DNA from: Terrimonas alba
GTDB lineage: Bacteria; Bacteroidota; Bacteroidia; Chitinophagales; Chitinophagaceae
Reading direction: 5' to 3'
DNA: 64,000 nucleotides
NCBI RefSeq assembly: GCF_042434975.1
Contig: NZ_JBHMQM010000009.1
Coordinates: forward strand, 216,831 to 280,830
This document shows positions 52,280 through 62,358 of this stretch, in pieces; the stretch's first letter is position 1; every line of letters starts with the position of its first letter. The notes beneath the pieces were generated by a model that saw only the letters and a list, made by a program, of their open reading frames with translations, ran no database searches and was not told the DNA's origin. The position numbers and the translations under genes are program-made.

Positions 52280-55042
52280 TTAGAACCGAATATTAAAATT
52301 TACAAATGGCAACATGCTGCCGAAAATTGACAACTTATATCCATTGACTAATCCATTCTCCGAAATAAAATACACGGAGTATGGGTTTTTTCTGCCCAAT
52401 AAATTGTATGCACCTATCGTCCATGAATTATGCGTTTTCTGGTTGACTTTATGGTTACCGTCTATGTTCAATGAAAAATCTGTGCGTATGTAATCAGGTA
52501 TGCGATAAGCATTCCTGTCAGAATAGAGCACTCTTTCTGATCCTGCATAGTAATACCTGCCAATCGGAAGTGTTATCGGCCTGCCTGTGCTGTAAGTAGA
52601 ATTTAATGAGACGCTAAAGCGATGATTCACCCTGAAATTTCCGGCCAGTGTTACATCATGCGGTTTATCATAGTTGGCCGGATAGTATTCCCCACTGTTC
52701 ACCCGCAGCTCAGGATCCTCTGTATTTGTTTTTAGCATAATGCGGGAATAGGTATAGCTGATCCATCCATTTAATTTTCCGCCCGGTTTTTTTATTAAAA
52801 ACTCCAAACCGCAGGCTTTACCCTTCGTGTTGATAACACCTGTTTCAATAGTATGGTTCAATAATAATTTGGCTGCCGGTTTATAGTCGAGGTAGTCCTT
52901 AATATTTTTGTAGTACACTTCAACCGATGTTTCAATCGTATTGGCCTTTAAATTTTTATATAAGCCAAACGACACCTGGTCACCCTGTTGCGGTTTTATA
53001 TTGGGATCGCTCAGCTTCCATATATCAGTCGGAGCAATAGCCGTTGTATTTGACAACATATGAATGTACTGCCGCTGCGTATTGTAAGCGGCTTTGATTG
53101 AAAAACTTGTAGTAAATGCATATCGTATGGAAAATCGATATTCAGGTCCATAATAATTTTGAATAGATTTTCCTTTTCCAAACTGCTTTGTTTCTGTTAC
53201 ATTACCTGGCGTGACCGGGAGCCCGGGTGCATAGTAATTTATAGTTTGTGGCCCGAGATAATTAAATAGCGAGTAACGCAACCCGGTGCTTACCGATAGT
53301 TTATTAGTTGGAGTAAACCGATGGGTAAAATATATATTGCTTTCAAGGCCCTGTTCATCTTCTACCAAATCAGGACTAACAATGGAATTATCATCATAAG
53401 GCTCATAAGAACCCGGCTGAAGATTATAACGAATAGCACCAGCCCCAAAATCAAAAGAATGCTTTTGATTGACATAGTAAACAAAGTTGGCTTTTGCATT
53501 TAATTGTGTAATTCCAAAACGTAGCTTAAAGGCCGTCTCCTTATCTTCCCGCCGGAATACTTTGTATTTATACTGATCGAATCCAATAATAAAGGCGGAG
53601 CTAAGTCTGTTATTAAAATTATGTGTCCATTTCAAACTAAAATTGCGGTTTGTGTAGGCATACGTCGTGTCACTGTCGAGAGCAAAGCGGTCATTGCTGA
53701 AATACCCTGAAAAGTAAAGATTGCTCGAGCTATCGACCCGGTGACTTATACCAAGATTCACATCCTGGAAAGAGGCCCGGCTATCTTCATACTCAGATGG
53801 AAGAAGCCCCAACAACCAATTGGCATAAGTGCTACGGGCACCAAAAATAAATGACGTTTGATCTTTTGCGATCGGCCCTTCCAGATGCACCCTGCTGGTA
53901 ATAAGTCCAATACCCGCAGAACCGGTAAGCTTTTTTTTATTTCCTTCGCGGCTGTTTATATCTAAAACCGATGCTAACCGGCCACCAAACTTTGCAGGTA
54001 TGCTGCTTTTATACAATTCTACATCTTTTATCACTTCGGGATTAAAGGCAGAAAACATTCCGAAAAAGTGAGAAGGATTATAAATCGTAGCATCATTGAA
54101 AAGAATAAGGTTTTGATCGGCTGACCCACCCCGCACATTGAAACCGGTACTGGCCTCCCCCACTGTTTTCACACCCGGCAAACTTGTAATAGCCCTCAAT
54201 ACATCGGCTTCCCCAAATACTGCAGGCACTTTACGGATATTATCAATGCTCATTCTTTCCACGCCCATTTGCACCCTGTTTATGTTGACAAGTTTTTTGG
54301 ATGAAACGATCACTTCTTTCAAAGTAGTTACTTGTTCCCGGATATCTATATCCAGTTTGCCGGTTGAATAAACTGCTAATTGCAATTTTGTATCCTTCAT
54401 ACCTATGGCCAGGATATTCAACGTATGCTTACCAGCCGGCACGGTGAGAGAATAGTTGCCATAGGCATCTGTTACTGTAGAATGTTCATTGCTAATGAAC
54501 ACTGACGCATTAATGAGCGGTTCGCCCGATCTCGCATTCCGTACAGTACCGGTCAGGATAGCATTTCCCCTGACAGTATTCGTTTTTACTCCTATTTCGT
54601 AAAGTTTGCTTTCTGATGTTACTACACCAGTTTTTTTGAGTTCCAGCCCATAGTCAACGACAGTGTCCTTCATCGAATAAACAGGGGTTTTTCCCTCAGC
54701 CTGGAAAAATCCTTCCGGCAGTGTCGTAACAATTTTAATTCCTTTTGTGACATAAATCCTATTATCTCTGTCTATTGAAAATTGCAGACCGGTATTGTGA
54801 AATACCTTCGTCAGTACTGATGACAGCGTTTCGTTTTGCACTACCAGGTTTATACTGGTAGAATCGAGCTGAGCAGCATCGTAATAAAAAAAACAGGGTG
54901 CTTGTGATTCTATTTGCTTAAAAAATTCCGGCAACAGCAGACTATCAAAACGTCCGCTTATCACTATTTCTTTTTTACCCTGTGCCATGATCACCAGTGT
55001 AAACAATAAGAAAAAAGAACTGATTGCCAAATGCTTTTTCAT
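52280..55042 (-). CDS. TonB-dependent receptor with a carboxypeptidase-regulatory-like domain
   Basis: The start is refined to MKKHLAISSFFLLFTLVIMAQG. A plug and barrel are present. The protein ends ...FNIRF with a terminal aromatic residue. Confidence 0.85.
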   Translation of the reverse strand: MKKHLAISSFFLLFTLVIMAQGKKEIVISGRFDSLLLPEFFKQIESQAPCFFYYDAAQLDSTSINLVVQNETLSSVLTKVFHNTGLQFSIDRDNRIYVTKGIKIVTTLPEGFFQAEGKTPVYSMKDTVVDYGLELKKTGVVTSESKLYEIGVKTNTVRGNAILTGTVRNARSGEPLINASVFISNEHSTVTDAYGNYSLTVPAGKHTLNILAIGMKDTKLQLAVYSTGKLDIDIREQVTTLKEVIVSSKKLVNINRVQMGVERMSIDNIRKVPAVFGEADVLRAITSLPGVKTVGEASTGFNVRGGSADQNLILFNDATIYNPSHFFGMFSAFNPEVIKDVELYKSSIPAKFGGRLASVLDINSREGNKKKLTGSAGIGLITSRVHLEGPIAKDQTSFIFGARSTYANWLLGLLPSEYEDSRASFQDVNLGISHRVDSSSNLYFSGYFSNDRFALDSDTTYAYTNRNFSLKWTHNFNNRLSSAFIIGFDQYKYKVFRREDKETAFKLRFGITQLNAKANFVYYVNQKHSFDFGAGAIRYNLQPGSYEPYDDNSIVSPDLVEDEQGLESNIYFTHRFTPTNKLSVSTGLRYSLFNYLGPQTINYYAPGLPVTPGNVTETKQFGKGKSIQNYYGPEYRFSIRYAFTTSFSIKAAYNTQRQYIHMLSNTTAIAPTDIWKLSDPNIKPQQGDQVSFGLYKNLKANTIETSVEVYYKNIKDYLDYKPAAKLLLNHTIETGVINTKGKACGLEFLIKKPGGKLNGWISYTYSRIMLKTNTEDPELRVNSGEYYPANYDKPHDVTLAGNFRVNHRFSVSLNSTYSTGRPITLPIGRYYYAGSERVLYSDRNAYRIPDYIRTDFSLNIDGNHKVNQKTHNSWTIGAYNLLGRKNPYSVYFISENGLVNGYKLSIFGSMLPFVNFNIRF

Positions 55043-55043
55043 T

Positions 55044-55745
55044 CTATTTACGCAGTTGATTATAGTATTGGGCAATAGCAATAATCGCCTTTTCCTGGTC
55101 GTCTTTATATCTTATACCCTGCGATTTCAGGTGCTTTATTATCGCCTGCCTGTTGACTTTTAAGATATCGAATAAAAATTTCTGTCTGTGAATGGGATGA
55201 TAAGCGCCATCTCTTAAAATAAAATAACGGGTGGCTGAAACAAACTTTCGTTCGACTCTCATGTCAACGATATTTTCTTCTATTTTTTTACTGCGATGCA
55301 CCAGGATTGTTGCATTTCCTTCGACAAGGTGCTGATAGAATCCTGGTTTTAATACATGGTCTTTATCAGCATTAAGCCGAACAAAATTCAATCCGTCAAA
55401 ACTGAATTGCGCAATTCTCCCACTAAACAATCTTATTGGAGTTGAGCCTGGGTGAAGCAGAATGACATCGTCCTGGTAGATATCATACATGATCGAAACA
55501 TCATGATACCAGGTGCCGTCAAATAATATGGAACCTTTTTGAAAAGCCGTAGAGGGATAAAAAGCATCACCAACAATACCCGGATAACCCAAAAAAACCC
55601 TTCCATTGTGAATAGCAAGTGTTTCGCCCTGATTGGCAAAATAGAAAGCCGCAATGCTGTCTACACCCGGGCTATCGGCAATTTGTGAATGCTGGCCCTC
55701 AACAATAAATGGAAGCAGAAAAAAGAATACAGTTAGTTGTCTCAT
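55044..55745 (-). CDS. Secreted hypothetical protein
   Basis: 233 aa with a signal peptide (MRQLTVFFFLLPFIVEGQ). Confidence 0.45.
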   Translation of the reverse strand: MRQLTVFFFLLPFIVEGQHSQIADSPGVDSIAAFYFANQGETLAIHNGRVFLGYPGIVGDAFYPSTAFQKGSILFDGTWYHDVSIMYDIYQDDVILLHPGSTPIRLFSGRIAQFSFDGLNFVRLNADKDHVLKPGFYQHLVEGNATILVHRSKKIEENIVDMRVERKFVSATRYFILRDGAYHPIHRQKFLFDILKVNRQAIIKHLKSQGIRYKDDQEKAIIAIAQYYNQLRK

Positions 55746-55923
55746 ATGCTATCACAATGTTTACAGTATTTCCCGGATGAAAAAATTATTCGGAAGTTGA
55801 TGAAATACTAAAGACCGGCTTGCATTTAACAAAATACCGCCTTTATCAATTCAAAAATCCCTCCGCTCGGATTTTATAGATGAACGGCGATTTTCATGTA
55901 TCGAATTGAGGATATTGGCTTTT

Positions 55924-58551
55924 CTACTGTTTGCTTTTCTCGCCATACTCACTGATCAGCTCGGCTACAAGGGCCGTCCAACCCGTTTGATGGCTGGCGC
56001 CTAATCCCCGGCCACTGTCGCCATGAAAATATTCGTAAAAGGTTAGCAGGTGCTGATTGCCCGGTTGCTCATAAAACCAGCTATACTTTCCATACAAGCG
56101 GCGCTTCTTGCCATCTCCATTTTGCCCAAACAAGCTGATCACTCTTTTGGTCAATTCGTTGGCTACTTGTGTTAGATTTATTTTATTGCCCGATCCTGTG
56201 GGGTACTCGACGAGCAACGTATCGCCATAAAACTCGCCGTATTTTCGGATAGACTGAATGATGAGGAAGTTAATGGGCATCCACACGGGGCCTCGCCAGT
56301 TGGAATTACCACCAAACATGTCGGAGGTTGAATCACCGGGATCATATTTAATGCTGTAGATAATTCCATCCACTGTCACGGAGTAAGGTTTCTCTTCGTG
56401 GTATTTGGATAATGCCCTTATACCGCCGTCAGATAAAAACCCGTTTTCATCCAACAGGGGTTTGAGTAAGTCCACCAGCCTGTCCTTCGGAATCAGTGAC
56501 AATAAAGTTTCACCGTCATTGCTTCTTTCCTCATTGGGCCAAAATTTTTTGTTCTTCTTACGGTAGTTCTCAAACCAGGTTATACGCTTTTTGAAATCGA
56601 CAAGCTTATCCAACACTTTTTTACTGATCGTTGAAACCGCATAAAGAGAAGTGACACCGACGATAGATTGAATGCGAAGCGGAATGGGATCATTGCCCGT
56701 CACACATAAAACATCATAAAAGAAACGATCCTCTTCATTCCAGAGACCATGTTGGTTGAGTGATTCGGCTATTAATACAAAGTGCTCAAAAAACTTGGTG
56801 GCGGTATCTTCAAATGAAGGATCCTGCATGGCAATTTCCACGGCTATATCCATCATATCCAAAGCATAGGTGCCCATCCAGCTTGTACCATCGGCCTGTT
56901 CCAACTGCATTTCACCGGCAAAATGAAAACTCCGGTTAAAGACTCCAATATTATCCAGGCCCAGGAAGCCGCCTTCAAAGATATTGTTTCCTCTTACGTC
57001 CTTTCGGTTGATCCACCAGGTAAAGTTGATAAGCAGTTTTTGAAATACTTTTTTTAAAAAATTAATGTCGCCTTTTCCGGTTTGCTTTTTTTCAATATTG
57101 TATACCTGCATCGCCGCCCATGCCTGCACCGGTGGGTTAACATCACTGAAGTTCCATTCATAAGCCGGCAATTGCCCATCCGGTTTCATATACCATTCAC
57201 GCATTACCAAAAGCAATTGATGTTTGGCAAACGTGGGATCAACTACTGCCATGGAAATACATTGAAAAGCCAGGTCCCATGCCGCGTACCAGGGGTATTC
57301 CCATTTGTCGGGCATCATTATGATGTCCTGGTTTTTCAGGTGCGTCCAGTCATTATTCCGGCCCGTAAGGCGGTTATTACTAATAGGGGTGATGCCATCT
57401 GTTTTATTCAACCATTCTTCTACATCAAAATGATAGTATTGCTTGCTCCACAAAATACCAGCTAAGGCCTGTCGTTGTATTCTAGCCATATCTTCACTCA
57501 TCCCCTTTGGCAAAATCGCCGCATAAAATTCATCAGCTTCCTGCTTACGAACGGAAAAGATGTCCTTGAACCCACGGGCAAATGGATTATCCGTCATTTT
57601 ATTGTTCAGCCGGCAATAAACTGTTTTAGTTGCTCCTGCCGCTATTCTCATTTTATAAACCGGGGAAAACTTGGTACCTACCTGCTTTTGAGAAAGTTCT
57701 TTAATATTCTCTCCATTGATAACTGCATCATGAAAGGCATCTTTTACAAATATGGATTCATTGGGTACGCCTGTTACTTTTTCGGTATTGGTTTCATTCT
57801 CGGTAAAAAAACTCTTTTCGGTGGGCTGAAAATAAAAATAATAATTACCGAGTCTTTCATGTTCGGCCTTTACCGTTGTTTTATTTACATAAGTGATTGA
57901 AGGTCTCTCTTTGAAACTTCCGCCATCCCACCGGTTATAAAACCATAAGGTAGGTAATACATGAATCTCCGCAGCCTTGCTATACTGGTTGGTAATATCA
58001 ATTTTTATAAAGATGTCCTGCGGACCTTGCTTAGCGTACGTTACCAAAACATCAAAATACTGGTTATTATCGAAGACACCTGTATCCAGTATCTCATACT
58101 CAGGGTCCTGTTTGTTTAGTTTTTGATTTTCCTGTCTTAGCTGATCATAAGGGAAAGCCTGCTGCGGGTATTTGTACAAATACTCCATGTAGTAATGCGT
58201 AGGAAGATTATCGAGGTAATAATACAACTCCTTCACATCCTCACCATGATTACCCTGTGGATTGCTCAAACCAAAAAGCCTTTCCTTCAATATGGGATCT
58301 TTACCATTCCAAAGCGCTACGCAAAAACAAAGATTGCCAAAAAAATCAGATATCCCGGCAAGGCCATCTTCGCCCCACAAATAAGTACGGCAATGTGCAT
58401 GATCGAATGGAAAATAATGCCAGGCATCTCCGTATACGCTGTAATCTTCCCGCACCGTACCCCATTGTCGTTCGCTCAGATAGGGTCCCCATTGCACCAA
58501 AGGAATTTCTTTATCGGCATTCACCGCAAGGCGCTGATGTTCTACTGTCAT
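55924..58551 (-). CDS. GH63-like glycoside hydrolase (MGH1 / mannosylglycerate hydrolase / processing glucosidase-like)
   Basis: 875 aa. The N-terminus ...LVQWGPYLSERQWGTVREDYS...AWHYFPFDHAHCRTYLWGEDGL is typical of bacterial GH63-family enzymes. Confidence 0.6.
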   Translation of the reverse strand: MTVEHQRLAVNADKEIPLVQWGPYLSERQWGTVREDYSVYGDAWHYFPFDHAHCRTYLWGEDGLAGISDFFGNLCFCVALWNGKDPILKERLFGLSNPQGNHGEDVKELYYYLDNLPTHYYMEYLYKYPQQAFPYDQLRQENQKLNKQDPEYEILDTGVFDNNQYFDVLVTYAKQGPQDIFIKIDITNQYSKAAEIHVLPTLWFYNRWDGGSFKERPSITYVNKTTVKAEHERLGNYYFYFQPTEKSFFTENETNTEKVTGVPNESIFVKDAFHDAVINGENIKELSQKQVGTKFSPVYKMRIAAGATKTVYCRLNNKMTDNPFARGFKDIFSVRKQEADEFYAAILPKGMSEDMARIQRQALAGILWSKQYYHFDVEEWLNKTDGITPISNNRLTGRNNDWTHLKNQDIIMMPDKWEYPWYAAWDLAFQCISMAVVDPTFAKHQLLLVMREWYMKPDGQLPAYEWNFSDVNPPVQAWAAMQVYNIEKKQTGKGDINFLKKVFQKLLINFTWWINRKDVRGNNIFEGGFLGLDNIGVFNRSFHFAGEMQLEQADGTSWMGTYALDMMDIAVEIAMQDPSFEDTATKFFEHFVLIAESLNQHGLWNEEDRFFYDVLCVTGNDPIPLRIQSIVGVTSLYAVSTISKKVLDKLVDFKKRITWFENYRKKNKKFWPNEERSNDGETLLSLIPKDRLVDLLKPLLDENGFLSDGGIRALSKYHEEKPYSVTVDGIIYSIKYDPGDSTSDMFGGNSNWRGPVWMPINFLIIQSIRKYGEFYGDTLLVEYPTGSGNKINLTQVANELTKRVISLFGQNGDGKKRRLYGKYSWFYEQPGNQHLLTFYEYFHGDSGRGLGASHQTGWTALVAELISEYGEKSKQ

Positions 58552-58696
58552 TCAGAGTATTTATCGTCAAAATAAGATGGCGAACAACCATGTTGCTATA
58601 AAAGAATTTTCAGGGACAATCATTTACTATCCGATAAAATTAACTCATAACAGGCAAAAAAGCGCAGGATGTATAGAAGATGTATAGAAGAAGTCG

Positions 58697-59515
58697 TTAT
58701 TGATACTTTTTTTGCAGATCGACTAATATTTTCTTATCGCTATCAGTTAAAACTTGAGTTGAATCATTTTGCACGAAATGCAATTTGAATGATTGAATAG
58801 CATTTTCTTCTTTTTTGATATCATAACCGATAATGCGCAATGCCTGCATAGCATTAAAATCAGCAGGCACTTCCACATTGGTTGTATCATACCAATAGCC
58901 AAAACCCTGTTCTGCCAATTTTTGCCAGGGAAAGTTGCGGTTAGGATCAACCTTTCTTCCCGGTGCTATATCAGCATGACCAATAAAATTGGCTATCGGA
59001 ATAGTATAGGCGTTCTTCAATCGTTGTAACAGAGCCAGTAATGTATTAATCTGCGCATCGGTAAATGATTCAAGCCCGTTATTGTCAATTTCAATACCGA
59101 TGCTGCTACTATTGATGTCAGATGCATTACCCCATTTACTAACGCCGGCATGATGTGCCCGCAACAAATCATTCAACATATGATGCACTGTTCCGTCTTT
59201 GCAAATAACATAGTGAGAACTTACCTGTGTACGGGGCAATGTAAACGTTTTTAAAGTTTGTTCGCAACTGTTTTGCGCTGTATGATGAATGATTACGTAA
59301 TTAGGACGCCGCATGCTGAAATTTGTGGTACCGACCCATTTGGTAGCATAAAGCAAGCCGACTGAATCTTCCACGGGATATTCACGCAACAATTTCGCAT
59401 AGGCCTTTGCCTGTTTCTTATAGCTCTTGTTTGTTTTGCTGTATGAACCGGGTGCACAAGCTTGTAGAAAAACCACTGCGGTCACAGATAGGGTAACGAC
59501 CAAATATTTGAACAT
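58697..59515 (-). CDS. N-acetylmuramoyl-L-alanine amidase (amidase_2/PGRP fold)
   Basis: 272 aa with ...NYVIIHHTAQNSCEQT...AHHAGVSKWG... (zinc amidase motifs) and a signal peptide. Confidence 0.8.
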   Translation of the reverse strand: MFKYLVVTLSVTAVVFLQACAPGSYSKTNKSYKKQAKAYAKLLREYPVEDSVGLLYATKWVGTTNFSMRRPNYVIIHHTAQNSCEQTLKTFTLPRTQVSSHYVICKDGTVHHMLNDLLRAHHAGVSKWGNASDINSSSIGIEIDNNGLESFTDAQINTLLALLQRLKNAYTIPIANFIGHADIAPGRKVDPNRNFPWQKLAEQGFGYWYDTTNVEVPADFNAMQALRIIGYDIKKEENAIQSFKLHFVQNDSTQVLTDSDKKILVDLQKKYQ

Positions 59516-59554
59516 GACACTTAACGATTTCAGTGAAAGATAAAAATAATCCTG

Positions 59555-59730
59555 TTTATGGCTTAAACCCTTGGGTGCATTCCAAATTTTCGCAGCGTTG
59601 TCGCTTACGCTATTACAAAAAGGGAATGCTGCATCCCCCCTGGGAGGGGAAGAAACAGTTTAGCATAAGAAAATTTCGATGGGGTGGGTTTGGGTTATGC
59701 GAAAATTTGGAATGCACCCTAAACCCTGAA
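59555..59730. mobile_element. MITE-like palindromic element with 22-bp terminal inverted repeats
   Basis: Left arm GGGTGCATTCCAAATTTTCGCA (59573-59594), right arm TGCGAAAATTTGGAATGCACCC (59698-59719). Internal sub-palindromes are present. It is adjacent to the RAYT gene. Confidence 0.45.
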
Positions 59731-59836
59731 TTATCACCGCACCGTTGTAAATATGAGTCCGGGTAACGATTCCTGGAATTAATTCTTTGCGGGCTAATTA
59801 ATATTTTGAAGTGCTGGAATGATATGATCCGTTTGT

Positions 59837-59851
59837 TTGTCCCAGCGGGAC
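59837..59851. repeat. REP hairpin TGTCCC-agc-GGGACA (downstream flank of RAYT)
   Basis: A matching TGTCCC-tac-GGGACA lies at 60494-60508 on the other flank. A variant CGTCC-ctata-GGACG lies at 60442-60456. Confidence 0.5.
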
Positions 59852-59933
59852 AATAGGTTGGTAGAAAGAAACAGGTAATGTTTTTTTATGCCCCATAGGG
59901 GCGTCAGGTGATGATTGTTGAAAAAAATAAAAA

Positions 59934-60440
59934 TCAGATCGGCTCATTAAAAATATATTGTTCGTCATATTCCACCTCAAATGCTTTTAAAAAAGCCCTG
60001 TATTCATCTAAAAAAGTTTGCTTTTTATGATGAATTTCCTGGTTTTGAATGTAAGAAATTACCCGGGGTAACTGGCTTTTAGCATAAGAAAATGCACCGT
60101 AGCCGCCTTGCCAGGCAAATTTTTCTTTCGTCAATTTATTATGGTTGATCCAGTTTGTACTCTCTGCTTTAACAACCTGCATTAATGAGGAAATGGATTG
60201 ATTCGGACGAAGTCCTATCAGGACATGCACATGATCAGGCATGCTGTTAATCTGTAACATTTTGTGTTGGTTTCTTTGAAAAATTCCGGTTACATATTGA
60301 TGCAATCTTTCTTTCCATAAAGCATCAATCAGGGCTGCCCTGTATTGAACTGCAAAAACAAATTGAATATGCAATTGAGTATAGGTATTGGCCATAAGAA
60401 AACATTTTAAAAAAGATAAAACATTTCTCTGAATCACCAA
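59934..60440 (-). CDS. IS200-like Y1 (HuH) transposase, REP-associated (RAYT)
   Basis: 168 aa. The HuH motif is ...MPDHVHVLIGL.... The catalytic Tyr context is ...FAWQGGYGAFSY.... It is flanked by REP hairpins. Confidence 0.8.
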   Translation of the reverse strand: MVIQRNVLSFLKCFLMANTYTQLHIQFVFAVQYRAALIDALWKERLHQYVTGIFQRNQHKMLQINSMPDHVHVLIGLRPNQSISSLMQVVKAESTNWINHNKLTKEKFAWQGGYGAFSYAKSQLPRVISYIQNQEIHHKKQTFLDEYRAFLKAFEVEYDEQYIFNEPI

Positions 60441-60493
60441 CCGTCCCTATAGGACGCAAGAGGGATCATTTTCCCTTTTTGTTACCTACCTGT

Positions 60494-60508
60494 TGTCCCT
60501 ACGGGACA
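60494..60508. repeat. REP hairpin TGTCCC-tac-GGGACA (upstream flank of RAYT)
   Basis: See 59837-59851. Confidence 0.5.
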
Positions 60509-60616
60509 GCTAAATTATTTAGGCCGGGTCCTGCACCTCAAAATATTAATTAACCTCTTTGCGGCATCCTTATAAATGGCCTGGATATTGTCTGTAATTT
60601 TGAAAAAAAGATCCAC

Positions 60617-60832
60617 ATGGCAACTAATCAATTTAAATTGCAAAAACCGTGGGAAGATGTCAAAGAGGATTTGAAGGAAAATAATATTTACCTGACCGAT
60701 GAAGATCTTAACTATCAACCGGGGCAGGAAGATGCGCTACTGGAACGCCTTGAGAAAAAAATGAATCTTAGTAAGGAAGAAATAAAACAATTAATAGAAA
60801 GCATCTCTGCCAACGAAGGAAGGGCTTCCTGA
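60617..60832 (+). CDS. CsbD-like general stress protein
   Basis: 71 aa. The pattern ...KPWEDVKEDLKENNIYLTDEDLNYQPGQEDALLERLEKKMNLSKEEIKQLI matches CsbD (W..K..LKE....LTDDDL...G....L...L.K....SKEE). Confidence 0.5.
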   Translation: MATNQFKLQKPWEDVKEDLKENNIYLTDEDLNYQPGQEDALLERLEKKMNLSKEEIKQLIESISANEGRAS

Positions 60833-60867
60833 AAAGGAATACGGTTAAGATGCTTTTGCCTTTTTGC

Positions 60868-62085
60868 TTAGCGTTTGCCGCCCGGTTTACGATGGTAAAA
60901 TTTTCGATTGGGCCTTTTGCCGCCTGTTCTTAATCTTGGGTTATAAACAGGGCCGGGTCCGAGCTCAATGGGGATGCCTGCTTTTTCTACTTCTTTACCA
61001 ATGAGTGCTTCAATGCCGGCAAATTTGTTTTGTTCTTTCTCTCCTACCATTGTAAAAGCCATTCCATCCGCTTCCGCTCTTGCCGTACGTCCAATCCGGT
61101 GTACATAATCTTCACCATCATGCGGCACATCATAGTTTATCACCAGGTCGATCGTATCGATGTCAATACCGCGGCTTAAAATATCGGTAGCTACCATCAC
61201 CGGTATCCGGCCGCTTGTAAAACCGCCTATTACACTTTCCCGTTGCGACTGCTCTAAATCGCTGTGCATTTCTTCAATCGAAAACCCCGCCTGTTTTAAC
61301 ATCCGGGCTAATTGTTTTACATTTTGTTTACGGCTGCAAAAGATCAACGCACTTTTATAAGGCGTACTCTTCAGTAAATGTTTTACCAATGGAAGCTTCT
61401 GCTCTTCATGTACGACGAAAGCTTTTTGAACAATTTTTTCCGGTGGCTTGGAAATAGCAATATTGATCTCTGCAGGTTCATGTAAAATATTCCTGGCAAG
61501 CTGCCTGATCTTTGGCGGCATGGTGGCCGAAAACAGTAATGTCTGGCGTTTTACCGGCAATGTTTTAATGATGCGGGTCAGCTCATCATGAAAACCCATG
61601 TCCAGCATTCGGTCCGCTTCATCCAATACTAAAAATTGCAGGCCTTTCATGGACACATAACCCATATTCAGGTGGGCAATCATGCGGCCGGGTGTACAAA
61701 CAATAATATCGGCGCCTGATTGTAACGCCTTTTTTTCAGCAACAAAATTCTGTGCATCATTACCCCCATACACTGCGATAGAACTAAGATGCGTGAAATA
61801 AGAAAGGCCTTCCAAATGTTGGGAGATCTGTATCGCCAGTTCACGGGTGGGCACAATCACCAGGGCGCCAACCTGTCCATCCACATGATTGCTCAGTAGC
61901 TTATGAATAACGGGCAATAAAAAAGCCGCTGTCTTGCCAGTGCCCGTCTGGGCAGAAGCAATGATATCTTTACCGGCAAGTATGGCTGGAATAACCTGTT
62001 GTTGTACTGGGGTGGCTTTTTCATAGTTAGAAGCCTCAATCCCTTCCATGAGGTTCGGATGAAAATTAAAATCGGTGAATCGCAA
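60868..62085 (-). CDS. DEAD-box ATP-dependent RNA helicase
   Basis: 405 aa. The Q-motif is present. AQTGTGKTAAF, DEADRMLDMGF, SAT and HRIGRTAR motifs are present. The C-terminal tail is basic. Confidence 0.9.
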   Translation of the reverse strand: MRFTDFNFHPNLMEGIEASNYEKATPVQQQVIPAILAGKDIIASAQTGTGKTAAFLLPVIHKLLSNHVDGQVGALVIVPTRELAIQISQHLEGLSYFTHLSSIAVYGGNDAQNFVAEKKALQSGADIIVCTPGRMIAHLNMGYVSMKGLQFLVLDEADRMLDMGFHDELTRIIKTLPVKRQTLLFSATMPPKIRQLARNILHEPAEINIAISKPPEKIVQKAFVVHEEQKLPLVKHLLKSTPYKSALIFCSRKQNVKQLARMLKQAGFSIEEMHSDLEQSQRESVIGGFTSGRIPVMVATDILSRGIDIDTIDLVINYDVPHDGEDYVHRIGRTARAEADGMAFTMVGEKEQNKFAGIEALIGKEVEKAGIPIELGPGPVYNPRLRTGGKRPNRKFYHRKPGGKR

Positions 62086-62358
62086 GTTGATAAATTATTA
62101 ATGTGAGGCAGGTTGCTCCTGCTTTTTGGAAAGCGCAAAGATAGTTGAACGGGGGGAGGATACAATGTGGCGTCTTTCACTAATGTCCGGCACTGCAGCT
62201 TTTTATCACTTCCTTAATCAATCTGATAGCGGTGTCAAATTTAAGCTATTGGCGAGTTGCGCATATTTCTATATGGCTTGACAAAGAATGAGTTGAAAAA
62301 ATTGTTTGGTAGTTGGAGAAGCGTATTTTAGCGGTAATACAACTGTTAGCACAAGCTT

